Shown here: in pieces, positions 52,625 through 63,493 of the stretch
Layout: each line of letters starts with the position of its first letter
Numbering within the stretch: position 1 is the stretch's first letter
Source of the DNA: Histomonas meleagridis 2922-C6/04-290x
Lineage: Eukaryota; Protista; Parabasalia
Direction of reading: 5' to 3'
DNA: 64,000 nt
NCBI GenBank assembly: GCA_020184695.1
Contig: JAANOX010000202.1
Coordinates: 1 to 64,000 of the forward strand
The notes under the pieces: model-generated
What the model was told of the DNA's origin: nothing
Database searches by the model: none
Seen by the model: the letters and a program-made list of their open reading frames with translations, nothing else
Position numbers and translations under genes: made by a program

Positions 52625-53185
52625 ATGGAAGCTCAAAGCGATTTCTTAATTATTGTTATACCAATAATTTTTATTGTTATAATTTACCTTATTGCTTGTA
52701 GGTCAAAAGGTGGTAAAAGTAATATGACAAATCTTGAAAATCCTACTAAATTTTCTCGTCTTCCTATTGTGACAATCACAGCAAATAATATTTTACTTGA
52801 TGAAAACATGAAACTGACCGAACAGGCAAGATCTGCTTTAGTTACATTAGCTAAAAAGGCATCTATTTTTATATTCATACTTGTTAAAGATCAGGAAGAG
52901 GTTAATCGAATCTCTGATTCAATGGTCCAAGAGTTCTCAGGGCTTGTTGATAAAGAACAGATTCTTTATACTCAAACAGAAGAAGGAAGAGCATCAATGT
53001 CTCGACAATTAGAACCAGCAGCCCACATAGACTTTGATCCAGAAGTTGTTCGTTTGACTTCAATTTTCATCCCAACAGCGTTCATAGCACCAATGAGTGT
53101 CGAGTCACAATACTCAAAATGGCATGCCACATCTGTTGGTGCACTCATAAACGGAAACAACGAATTTATCAACTCTCTCAAATGA
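52625..53185 (+). CDS. PEX22: Plant/protist-type PEX22-like membrane protein
   Basis: N-terminal TM, then GLVDKEQILYTQTEEGRASMSRQLEPAAHIDFDPEV, matching the recalled Arabidopsis PEX22 GLVKDKVLFCSTEIGRTSFVRQLEPDWHIDTNPEI. Confidence 0.7.
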   Translation: MEAQSDFLIIVIPIIFIVIIYLIACRSKGGKSNMTNLENPTKFSRLPIVTITANNILLDENMKLTEQARSALVTLAKKASIFIFILVKDQEEVNRISDSMVQEFSGLVDKEQILYTQTEEGRASMSRQLEPAAHIDFDPEVVRLTSIFIPTAFIAPMSVESQYSKWHATSVGALINGNNEFINSLK

Positions 53186-54074
53186 GATGTATTTTACTTT
53201 TTCTCTCATTAATAAATAAAACGAATAAAATGATATGATTTTAGAGAAATATTAACTGTTTATTTTTTTAATAAAAAATATGCATAACATAAAAAAAATA
53301 TTATTTGTAACAAAATTAATCTTCCAACTAAATAAATGAAATTTATCCAAATTTGGATTTTATTATATAAAATTTATAAAAAAAATTTTATTATAAGATA
53401 TATAAATTTGTGATAGCTTTTCATTTATTTTAATTTAAAATTATTTGTATTGCCTTCAATTATTTAATATCATTTCTATGATTAAAATGCATTTAGTTTA
53501 TGCTAAACATATGGTGGAAAAATAAATATTTGGAATATTTTCATATATGAATGATATTATAAATATATTATATATAAAAAGTGTATTTAACTTTTGCAAA
53601 TTAATTTTAAACCTAAAATAAACGAATAGGATTTCTAAATATCTTGCATTTAGGATGTTGTTGAAGATATTTAATTTTAGGTTGAAAAATTTAATTCAAA
53701 TTGATTTCTTTATTTAATATTTTATTTCTTTAATGACCATAAATAATTTTGCTGTATCCTATACTAAAATATATCTTTGAATAATTTTATTATTATTATT
53801 TTATACTAGAAGAAGGAATGAAAAATGATTCTAGTATATCATGATATTCACAGTGAATAATGTAAATATTTTGCTCATAATATATATTTTTTTTCATTAA
53901 ATTTATCTTTTGTTTACATCAATCGAACACAATGTAATATGAAAACATTAATTTGTAATTTTACATCCAAATGTTTTATAATAATTTAAATTCATTTACA
54001 ATTTAAATCAATATCAAAGTAAAAATTTATTTTTATTTTTATTTAAATAAATGATAAAGCCTTAAAGAGAAGTT

Positions 54075-55328
54075 TCATTGCTTTCTTGGCGTCCTCTTAG
54101 GCGGTGTCCATCCCGTTGGTATTGGTGCTTTATGAACTGTTTGTCCATTTGTTGTTCTTGTCCTCATTAATGGGTTCTTTGAGTTCGCCACATTTCTCTG
54201 TCGTTGGTTATTATTATTTGGTTTGGGAACAATCCTTGATGAAAATGGCTGTGATGGAATTTCTGATGTTACTTTTGGTATTTGTTGAGTTGGCGGTTTA
54301 TCGTCTTTTTGATCGTTAACGGTTTCCTCATTTTGGGAGTCGTTTACGTTGACTATCAAAGAAGGCCTCGAACCGCAGTTACCTTTCATGGCCACAAGTG
54401 GATGTAAACCATCAGTTCGTTTTGGATGTCCAGGTTCTGTGTTTTGGATGATCTCGACCCAATCATATTGATAATCATAAACAAAACCTTCCCGAATGAA
54501 ACAGTCACGGAATAACTGCCTGTATCGAGCGTATTCGGGTTCATCTGTAAAGTTAAGTTCATGTACAAGTTGCATGTATTGAAGGAATTCATGTGGAAGA
54601 CCATCACATAAATCTTCAAGAGATGTGCTGGCTTTGACACAACAAATCCTTTCGTATTTTTCCTTTCTATTTTTGGCATCAAGTCCCATCCATGGTAAGG
54701 ATCCTCGTAAAAAATAAAGAAAACAGTATCCTAATGCTTCCATATCATCACGGCGAGATTGCTCACAGCCTCCAAGAGCATTAATGGATGCATAACGAGC
54801 AGTTCCTGTCAAAGATTTTCCTTGAACAAACTTGATGTGTTGATGTGTTTTTGGATCTCGATACTTTTTTGACAATCCAAAATCAATACAGTATATTTGT
54901 GACTTTTTGTTCCCAACTCCAATTAAAAAGTTATCTGGTTTGATATCACGATGAATGAAACTCTTATTATGTATGTACTGAATAGCGGAAATGCATTGAT
55001 CTGCAATCATCAGAACTGTTTTTAATGAAAAGCGTTGGTGACAAAGTTGAAATAAATCTTCAAGTGATTTTCCAAGATAATCAATGACCATCACACGGTA
55101 ATTTGCTTCGTTTCCATACCAATGAAGCTTTGGGATCGAGACTCCACCTGAAAATATTAGATAAAGTTTTGACTCATAAGTTAATTGAGGTGAGTTTGTT
55201 TTATTTGGCTCTAACTTAATTGCAACGATTTGGTGTGTCTTAGTATCTTCTCCGGAGTAAACCTCTCCAAAGCTTCCAGAACCTATTTTCCTGTGGAGCT
55301 TGAAATGCCCTCCGACTGTGATTTCCAT
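54075..55328 (-). CDS. CK1: Casein kinase 1
   Basis: IGSGSFGEVY, HRDIKPDNFL, IDFGLSKKY, LTGTARYASIN, SRRDDME. Likely ATG at 55328 (MEITVGG). Confidence 0.95.
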   Translation of the reverse strand: MEITVGGHFKLHRKIGSGSFGEVYSGEDTKTHQIVAIKLEPNKTNSPQLTYESKLYLIFSGGVSIPKLHWYGNEANYRVMVIDYLGKSLEDLFQLCHQRFSLKTVLMIADQCISAIQYIHNKSFIHRDIKPDNFLIGVGNKKSQIYCIDFGLSKKYRDPKTHQHIKFVQGKSLTGTARYASINALGGCEQSRRDDMEALGYCFLYFLRGSLPWMGLDAKNRKEKYERICCVKASTSLEDLCDGLPHEFLQYMQLVHELNFTDEPEYARYRQLFRDCFIREGFVYDYQYDWVEIIQNTEPGHPKRTDGLHPLVAMKGNCGSRPSLIVNVNDSQNEETVNDQKDDKPPTQQIPKVTSEIPSQPFSSRIVPKPNNNNQRQRNVANSKNPLMRTRTTNGQTVHKAPIPTGWTPPKRTPRKQ

Positions 55329-55971
55329 TTTGGAAAAACCAAAAAAAATAAAGTTTTTAAAAAAAACACTATTTAATGTAAAATATAGAAAAAGCTGTTG
55401 TAAAATCGTCATCACCAAATCGGTTGCACGCCACAAAGACATATGTCAGATTGCAAATTTTCTTAATTCTTTCATAACCTACGTACCAAATTAGTTGTAA
55501 AATTATGTTTGAAAGAAAAATTGATTAAAAATGTAAATTCCAAAAAAATGAATATATGTTCAATCAGTTAATTATTCCATTAATGAACACATTATTAACT
55601 ATCACAAGCCAGGAATTTAAGCTTGCTTTACAACGTTTTTAAAAATGAACGATTTTTATAATTTCATGAATTTGCAATTCAAAATTACAATTGTTTAAAA
55701 TTTCCAACAATTCTCGTAAATGTAAGGATGCACTTTATAACAATATAAAATATAATTTGGAATCTTCTTGCTTATTCCATTTTAATGAATTAGTAATGAG
55801 AATTAATAACGAAAAGTAATATGGAAGATAGTAATTTCCTTTTCAATGCTGAGAGGATTGATTCAATTTACCTTGAGAACAAACAAGCACAAGATCGAAG
55901 ATTTTTGTTGAATGATTCATAAAGTTTTCATTCAGGATATTGACAGCAAAAAACAGTTATAACGGTTGTTC

Positions 55972-56389
55972 TCAATTTTTTCCAATACAAAACAACAAAT
56001 TTCCTTTATTGACATATATTAAAATCTTCATAAAACAAGAAAAAACATCAGTTAATATTATGAAAATTTTAGAATTAAATGGTATGAACTGATAAAGTAA
56101 ATTCTGTTTCAACATCCAAAAGAGAACCTGAATATTCTGGTGGTGAATACATATCAATTTGGGCATCTTTTATAGAATTATCTTTCAGTAAAAATAATTC
56201 TTTTATCTGAATTAAATTTGGTGCAGATGGTCTTGGGAGATTTTTACCTATTACCGTCGGATCTTCTAGAAATACACCCAGGTAAGGTGGTTTTGATTTT
56301 GTCTGGTCATTTTCTTTTGTGTCTATCCAGATTGAGTTCATAACAAGAAAATGCTTGATTTTCGTTTGTTTCAAAAATTGAGATGGCAT
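55972..56389 (-). pseudogene. Hypothetical protein fragment, possibly a decaying gene
   Basis: The 104-aa ORF 56075-56389 appears to continue in another frame (FIPFNSK...GNLLFCIGKN). No family recognised. Confidence 0.3.
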
Positions 56390-57334
56390 TCAATTTTTTC
56401 ACCTCGCAGCAAACAATTTTCAATCAATAAAGCAGTTTTAATAGAAACCACCCCGGAATTGAAATGAAGAAAAAGGATGATCAGAACTCAATTTTGTTCT
56501 TTCACATTGTTGTATAACAATTTTTCACCTCATTAACTTAAAGTATACAACAAGTAAACAAATTTATTTCGTTTTTAATCATTAATTTAATTCATGTGTT
56601 GTGTTTAATCATTAATTTGATTTATGATATAATAATGAAACTAACAAAATAATTATATTTTGCGATTACCTTTTTATGATTATTATTTTATTTAAATGCT
56701 TTTGCTTTTTAAAAATCATAAACCTAAATTCCCTATAAATAAATTTCTGGTTTTTTCAAAAACTAATCATTGATTTAGAGAACAATGATCAATAAAAATA
56801 TTTATGATTTATATTTATTCGCTTTCATTTTTTCTTTCCCTTGAAAAATATTTATAAAAACTTAAAAAAGAAAGATTGAAGAATACAAATTTGTCTTCTC
56901 CTTAAAATTATTTTTTAAAATTCATATAAAAAAATTTTATTCATATTCTATATTTTTAACAAATAGTCCTATTTGCTGATTTTTATATGTTATTTTGTTT
57001 CATTTTCAAGAGATTGAAAAAAATTGGGAAGATTTGGCCCAGGGACGGTTTTATTGAAAATTGAATGTAATAACCACTTGTGGAAGTCCTAAAGATTTTG
57101 TTTCCTCATTTGATTTGCGAAGATAAAGCGGTTACACAAATTTTTCAATTTAACAATCAACTTTTTGAGAGATATTATTTTTGATTTTTCCCATAGTTTT
57201 TAACCAAAAAACATCAGGACTGGATTTATCTAATGATACAAAAAGATCTTATTCAAGTTGAACTCTTTTTAAAAATGAAAAAATTTCGTAATGGTTATTA
57301 TATGATATTTTCAATTGATTAAAACCTTAATTTA

Positions 57335-58120
57335 TCATAGAGTAGATTCTCCCGGAGAAGCAGCTTTTGTCTTAGTTTCATTTTTTCTATTTGTGGATAA
57401 AATCTCATTAAGATTATTCATAAAACCATGGTTAAATGGAAGAGCATTGGCAGGTAATCCAGTGAGATAAGGAATTTTGCTTCTATGTTTTCTTTCATAT
57501 TGATTGAGATTTTGTGAAATTGTTAAATATATGGATTTAAGATTTTTGACTGAAAGATAAAAAGCAAGTAATGATAAAAGAAGAGTTGGAAACAGTGGAA
57601 TCTTATTTGTGAAAAAGTCTGTAAATGAATTCGAATGATACATTGTGAATATGCAATCAAAAATGATAAGAGAGGATAACAAAATCTCAAGCAAAATTAA
57701 GTAAACATAATTAGCATAATTTTCTTTGCTGATGCATGTTCCAAGCCATCTTGAATGATGATCTCTAAATGGAAAACATTTTTGACATACTGCACAATGT
57801 GAGCCTCTAGGTGGAACATTTTTTTTGCATATAGTACATATTTCTTGATTATTAAATTCAGTTGAACCTTCATCTTCTAATTCTTCTACTGAAAGATCAA
57901 GTAAAGACAAGGTCATTCCATATAAGGTACTAAACAAATAGAAATAAATTGGGGTTTTGGATAAAAAAGACGATCTAAGAATAGAATCTGAATAAAATAA
58001 GGTAACATAAACAAGAAGGTGGAAAAAAACCATAATTGGCCTTAAGTTTATTTCTTTTTCTGATGCTCCTTCTTTAAGGCCATCATCTTCGTCAGAAAAA
58101 ATGGATTCTAGGATGCGCAT
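57335..58120 (-). CDS. DHHC-family palmitoyltransferase-like protein (DHHS variant)
   Basis: C..C...VPPRGSHC..C..C....DHHSRWLGTCI...NY flanked by TMs. Likely ATG at 58120. Confidence 0.85.
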   Translation of the reverse strand: MRILESIFSDEDDGLKEGASEKEINLRPIMVFFHLLVYVTLFYSDSILRSSFLSKTPIYFYLFSTLYGMTLSLLDLSVEELEDEGSTEFNNQEICTICKKNVPPRGSHCAVCQKCFPFRDHHSRWLGTCISKENYANYVYLILLEILLSSLIIFDCIFTMYHSNSFTDFFTNKIPLFPTLLLSLLAFYLSVKNLKSIYLTISQNLNQYERKHRSKIPYLTGLPANALPFNHGFMNNLNEILSTNRKNETKTKAASPGESTL

Positions 58121-58222
58121 TTGTTTGGTGATTTGAGTAAAATTAATGACAAAAAAAATTGAAAACAAATAGTTGACACATTCAATAATAAAAAAAAAAA
58201 GATTTCGAAAACTTAAACTAGT

Positions 58223-58831
58223 TTAGAAGAATGAAAAATTCTCCCAAATATCAATCCCTTTTTCGTTAAGGGAAAAGTCAATTCCATGATTGATGAAAAG
58301 TGGTTCGTTAAAGGAATCAAAATCATCAACTCCTGGAAAAACAATTTGACCAAGGTCAACATCGTTACTCGGCTTGCTTGGTTGGCTCTTGATTTGCTTT
58401 TTAGGATTTGAAGTTATTGAACGATGCCTGGATATCATCATCCATCTATTTCTAATACTATTATCAGAACGATTACTTAAAAAGCGTGCGAGTTTATTCC
58501 ATTTTGGACCGATTTCTGCATATTTTTCTTCGAGAATTTTATCCTCTTCAGGGGTCCATGGATCTTTCCTAAGGTCAGGGTTTACATAATTGTTCCATCT
58601 CTCTCTGCATTGTCTAGGATTTCTTGTTCCCATTAACTGGGAAATATGAAGCCAATTCTTTGTCCCATGTTCTCTAACTAATGATAATAATTTTGAATCT
58701 TCTTGAGGACTGAATTTTGATTTAACGGTTGATTTTGAAGTTCGTATAACATTGGCATGAGGTGAAGCTGATAGAAGTTGATTCCCCTGCCTCTGCAGAA
58801 AGCTCATGTGCTGTGTTGAAAGTGACATCAT
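58223..58831 (-). CDS. R2R3-type Myb transcription factor
   Basis: KFSPQED..W..I..MGTRNPRQCRERW.NYVNP, PWTPEED..GPKW..RSDNSIRNRW. Confidence 0.93.
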   Translation of the reverse strand: MMSLSTQHMSFLQRQGNQLLSASPHANVIRTSKSTVKSKFSPQEDSKLLSLVREHGTKNWLHISQLMGTRNPRQCRERWNNYVNPDLRKDPWTPEEDKILEEKYAEIGPKWNKLARFLSNRSDNSIRNRWMMISRHRSITSNPKKQIKSQPSKPSNDVDLGQIVFPGVDDFDSFNEPLFINHGIDFSLNEKGIDIWENFSFF

Positions 58832-59264
58832 TTTTCAACAGAAAGCCGAAACTTCTCAATTTTGAATGCATTTTTAAAAATGAAAAAGTTATTATGGCCA
58901 TGATTACAACACAGCACTTCACCAGAATATCTGACACAGTCACTTTTTTAGTTTTTGATGAAAATATTTCACTTTTTACGTACTTTATATTTTTGCGTTA
59001 TAAATATCAATTCAAAAAGTGGACGACCAGAAAAAGAACGTTAAAACTGTACAGTGTTATGCAATGAATTTCGTAAGTGTTGAAAGCTTTAAAAAGAAAT
59101 ATTTAACAATTAATCACTTATAACCAAGACCACCATCTCAACAATAAATAACTCCAATTGTAAAATTTTTTCAAGCTCATGAAAAACAATATTTTGTATT
59201 AATAATTATTTGGCAAGCAGCGCTTGGTTAGTACAAAAATGAGTAATAACTGTGCCACATCAAT

Positions 59265-59654
59265 TTATTTAAATGGTAGACGATCAATATATTCATCTAC
59301 AGATGATTCGCATGTATCTGGAATTTCCTTTGCAACAAGAGCGCTACCAGAAGTTTCACCATCTGATGAACTTATGTCTTCCGGTTTTCCATTCATTTTT
59401 GAAACTGCATAAATAGAAGGAGTTGGTGGCTCAATTGATGGCTTAGGTTCTTCCCATTCTGGCTTTTGTTGGTTAACTTGGGCAAGTGGGGATTCCGGAT
59501 CCGTTTGTTCTGCTTGGGCTTCCTTTTCTTTAATTTCGGTTAATTTTTCTTGACTTTCTTCATCATTATCTGGCTTCGATGGCCTTTCATGGTGTCTATG
59601 GTGATGATGGTGATGATGACTTGGGGTTGTTTCCTGGTCAACTTCTTTGCACAT
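59265..59654 (-). CDS. Low-complexity acidic protein with a His tract
   Basis: HHHHHHRHH and E/S/P-rich composition. First ATG at 59654. Confidence 0.6.
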   Translation of the reverse strand: MCKEVDQETTPSHHHHHHHRHHERPSKPDNDEESQEKLTEIKEKEAQAEQTDPESPLAQVNQQKPEWEEPKPSIEPPTPSIYAVSKMNGKPEDISSSDGETSGSALVAKEIPDTCESSVDEYIDRLPFK

Positions 59655-59829
59655 TTTACTTGAAAAGGCTTCTTCTGAAAAAGCTCTTGAGTGAAAAAAT
59701 TCACATATGCACTTAATTTCTTCAACTCCGAACTTAACGTACAATGACACCAAATACGATGAAAACGAACTGAATTATCAACGGTTAAATTTTGTGCATC
59801 AAATTTGATGTATTAATTAATTTCTTTAT

Positions 59830-62376
59830 TTAAGTTTCACGGATAATTTCTGTATCTGTTTGATCAAAATCATTTTTGAACTTTTGAGATTGATAGAAAT
59901 TATGGAAATCATTCACACCGATATCCTTTGCTCTAGCTTCGAAATCACTTTTCTTTATAACAATTTTTCTAGTTTTATCTTCATATTCAATTCCACTTCT
60001 TCTTAAGTTCATAAATGCAATTCGTTCTCTAACCATAGTATGTATTACATGTAATAACAAATCATTTCTATCTCTACCATAAACCAAATATCTTCCAAAT
60101 TTCTTTTCCAAGTATTTCTTATTCGCATATTTCTCAGTAGAAACAAATGATTCCAATATTAATGAAATCGCAAAATTAACATCTGACTCAACAACATTAT
60201 TCCTTAAATGAAGTCTTGCATGTGCTTCAGCAAGTCTAATGATAGATTCTAAATGTCTGACAGTAATTCTTGCTCCTCCTCCTTTTTCACTTTCTTCTCT
60301 TAATTCATTATATAATGAAACAAGTTTCTCATTATCAATATCACTTAGTTTTGGCTGAACATTCTTTCGTGCATATGCAATGTACTTTCGTAAAATTCCT
60401 TCATCTAATCCATTTTGATGAGTTTCACCTTGATGAGATTTGATGACGTAATCAGCCAATTTCGCATCAAGTATAGAATCTACGACATCTTTAACAACAC
60501 ATAACACATCAAAACGAGACAAAATTGGTTCTGATAAACCTGAATTTTGTGAAAATGATAATGACCCATCGTAACGACCATGGATAGGGTTACATGCTGC
60601 AATAACTGAGCAACGAGCTAATAATGTAGTAACAATTCCAGCTTTTGATATTGATATTGATTGTTGTTCCATAGCTTCATGAATTGATGTTCGATCTTTA
60701 TCACTCATCTTATCGAACTCGTCAATTAAACAAACTCCTCCATCTGCTAAGACTAATGCTCCACCTTCTAATGTCCATTCACCAGTTGAATGTTCTAAAT
60801 GGACTGACGCTGTAAGGCCTACTGCGGATGCACCTTTACCAGTTGTAAATACTGCGCGTGGTGCAATCGATTCAGCATATTTCAGAAATTGTGACTTAGC
60901 GGTTCCGGGGTCCCCCAAAAGGAGAACGTTTATATCGCCTCTAACACTATGACGATCTTTAAAGTCTTTTCTACGACCTCCGAATAATGAAAGTGCAATT
61001 GCTGCTTTAATATTTTCATGACCAAATATTGAAGGAGCAATTGATTCGAATATTGTTTTTGATATATCTGGTTGTTTTGAAAGTTCTATTATTTGTTGTT
61101 CTTCTTCTTTTGTAATTGATATTGCCGAATATGAATCACCACTCCGTGAAACATGATTAGCTTCAATCATTGTAGAAAACACAGGAAATCCTTGACGACG
61201 AATGTCCATCATATGTTTGTATATTCCGGTGATTTCAACTTCTTCACCTGGTCGACAACAATCTGCTAAATCGGCGTAAAGAACGACTTCTTTTGTACGT
61301 GGTAAACGACCAGGTTGTACTGAACCAGGAGGCTCTTGGATAGTAATTCTTTGATAGTTTCTGTATACTGTTGAAGCCGTATCTATTGTAAATCCACTTT
61401 TTGCAGTACAAACCGGGCAATAATTAGGTGGAACAGGTTTTTCATCTGTTACAGGGAATGGTCCAATTGTATTACCACATCTTGAACATTTCCATTTAAC
61501 TATTCGAAGCTGTGGAAACACCGATGTACGCTTTGTAACAACGCCACGTGTTTTAATAAGAGCGTTCAGATGTATCTGACGTAAGTTCCTAAGCTCATCA
61601 ATGATTTGAAGATCAGATATACGAACATGAATTTCGGGTGAAATTCTTGTGAATTCGGGGAAAAGTGCATTGTTAGTAACGAGTGCGAATGCTGCATCAT
61701 CTAAAATTTCGAGGATTTGTGCTGGTGCATCACCAAGCCAGATGCCGATAATTGGCGTATGTTGTGCCAAATGGACATATGAAACTTCGAAACTAATTCT
61801 GTTTTGTGATGCCATTTGTTTGATCCTATTAATATATAATGGTTCGCCATCACTACTTTTGTAATTAATTAAAAAGTCATGAAATCGACGTGCAATTTCA
61901 TGACGAATTTCCGGCCTTTCGAGATATTGTGTAAGAGGGCCAGTGACATCTTGAAGAATGACGGGATTATCATTGTCGACTTTGAATAATTCATTTAACG
62001 GATCAAGATCTCCATCACGAGCTCTTTGTCTTATTCTGTTTCTCCTTCCAATGATTGACATTTCATCATCGGAATCCCAACCAAGATCAGCGGGTCCGCG
62101 CATTGCTTGATTTCTTCTACGAATTTCAAGCTCTGCATTTAATCGATCTTCGGCAGACATTTGTTCATATGTTGCAGAATCTAAACCTGCGTCTTCATAT
62201 GTGTCAAGTTCTGGGATTGCTCTATAATCTAAGCGGACTGTATCTGCTAAATCTTCACCTTCTGGTTCACTTTCGAAATTATCGCCGATCCGAGTCGAGT
62301 GAATATCATCTGATTCTGATTCCGAATATTCTGATTCTGAATGAATTGGCGTTGAAAGTGGAGAACTATCAGACAT
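59830..62376 (-). CDS. MCM2: DNA replication licensing factor MCM2
   Basis: N-terminal YRAIPELDTY, zinc finger, YQRITIQEPPGSVQPGRLPR, GDPGTAKSQ, IDEFDKM, ILSRFD. Confidence 0.95.
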   Translation of the reverse strand: MSDSSPLSTPIHSESEYSESESDDIHSTRIGDNFESEPEGEDLADTVRLDYRAIPELDTYEDAGLDSATYEQMSAEDRLNAELEIRRRNQAMRGPADLGWDSDDEMSIIGRRNRIRQRARDGDLDPLNELFKVDNDNPVILQDVTGPLTQYLERPEIRHEIARRFHDFLINYKSSDGEPLYINRIKQMASQNRISFEVSYVHLAQHTPIIGIWLGDAPAQILEILDDAAFALVTNNALFPEFTRISPEIHVRISDLQIIDELRNLRQIHLNALIKTRGVVTKRTSVFPQLRIVKWKCSRCGNTIGPFPVTDEKPVPPNYCPVCTAKSGFTIDTASTVYRNYQRITIQEPPGSVQPGRLPRTKEVVLYADLADCCRPGEEVEITGIYKHMMDIRRQGFPVFSTMIEANHVSRSGDSYSAISITKEEEQQIIELSKQPDISKTIFESIAPSIFGHENIKAAIALSLFGGRRKDFKDRHSVRGDINVLLLGDPGTAKSQFLKYAESIAPRAVFTTGKGASAVGLTASVHLEHSTGEWTLEGGALVLADGGVCLIDEFDKMSDKDRTSIHEAMEQQSISISKAGIVTTLLARCSVIAACNPIHGRYDGSLSFSQNSGLSEPILSRFDVLCVVKDVVDSILDAKLADYVIKSHQGETHQNGLDEGILRKYIAYARKNVQPKLSDIDNEKLVSLYNELREESEKGGGARITVRHLESIIRLAEAHARLHLRNNVVESDVNFAISLILESFVSTEKYANKKYLEKKFGRYLVYGRDRNDLLLHVIHTMVRERIAFMNLRRSGIEYEDKTRKIVIKKSDFEARAKDIGVNDFHNFYQSQKFKNDFDQTDTEIIRET

Positions 62377-62485
62377 TTCCTTGGAAATAGTTAACGTACT
62401 CCAAATTAAATGTAAACGGAATCACTTAAAAATTGAATGGTTTACAAACGAAATCAAAAAAAAAAATTAATTTTAATTTATACAT

Positions 62486-63493
62486 TTATACACTTTCTTT
62501 GAGTTCTCCGACAATGATCGTCCCGTCTGTACTTCCTGAAACAACAATTGGATGCGTCGGATGGAAGTCAACACCAGTGACAGCGCCTTTATGTCCTGGT
62601 AATTCATATTTAAGAAGTGGTTCGAATACATTTTCGATATCAAATATCCTCAAAAGTCTATCAGAGCTTCCACACATTACATAGCGGCCATCAGGCGAAA
62701 ACGCAACACGCGATGGCACAACTTCTTGCATTGGCTCTCCATTCTGAGTAACTGACAGAAGACGATTAGAACCTTCGTCTTGTGCCTGAACAGAAAAGAT
62801 CTTAAGAGTACCATTGGATTCATTTGAAGCAATGTATTTCAAGTTTGGGCTGAACGCGGTACCAAAAATAATTGATTCTCCAGGAAGCGTATAAACCATT
62901 TTCAGTCTGTTCTCGAAAAGGCAATCAACGAATATGTTGCCGCAGACTCCGCCAACTGCGACGAAGTAAGGATTTGTGGAGATGGATGTAACTGGTGAAT
63001 TAGATTTAAGCTTAATGACGCATTCACGAACTCGTACATCGTTAACCATTACATATCCTGCGTCGTCTCCTGACACAATGAGGTTTTGGCCATCTTTTGT
63101 GAATTGGACACAATTCACAATTTCACGATGATCTTTAAAGCGGCGGATAACTTTGCCGCTGCCTGTGTCGATCAGCGCAACTGTTTTATCTGCGGAAGAC
63201 GTCGCGAATTTCGTTCCATCAACAAACCACGCGAGACTTGTTATTGGGAAATTGTGCGAACGAATCGCGCCGACAGATTGGATCTCTGATCCGACCTTCC
63301 ACAGAATGATTTCTCCCGCACAGCTCGCAAGGAGATTCCCATCTGGCGAAAAATGACACTCATTGACAGAACCGGAGTGCCCTGTAAGCTGAAAAACTGG
63401 GTGAGATAGGAAGTTCGTTTTCTGATCAATTGGTGTCTCTCTGTAAGGCTGAATCGCCCTGAGCGCTTGGTGCTGAACCAATGTCATTGGCAC
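62486..63493 (-). CDS. SNRNP40: U5 snRNP 40-kDa WD40 protein
   Basis: LTGHSGSV..HFSPDG, SSADKTV...D...G..IRRFKDH..IVN, C-terminal YELPGHKGAV..VDFHP.HPIVVSGSTD.TI.VGEL. Confidence 0.8.
   Translation of the reverse strand: MPMTLVQHQALRAIQPYRETPIDQKTNFLSHPVFQLTGHSGSVNECHFSPDGNLLASCAGEIILWKVGSEIQSVGAIRSHNFPITSLAWFVDGTKFATSSADKTVALIDTGSGKVIRRFKDHREIVNCVQFTKDGQNLIVSGDDAGYVMVNDVRVRECVIKLKSNSPVTSISTNPYFVAVGGVCGNIFVDCLFENRLKMVYTLPGESIIFGTAFSPNLKYIASNESNGTLKIFSVQAQDEGSNRLLSVTQNGEPMQEVVPSRVAFSPDGRYVMCGSSDRLLRIFDIENVFEPLLKYELPGHKGAVTGVDFHPTHPIVVSGSTDGTIIVGELKESV

Noticed and set aside
47498-58831. Three Myb genes within about 11 kb as a possible cluster
   Set aside because: They are divergent from each other and separated by unrelated genes; Myb expansion is well known in parabasalids.
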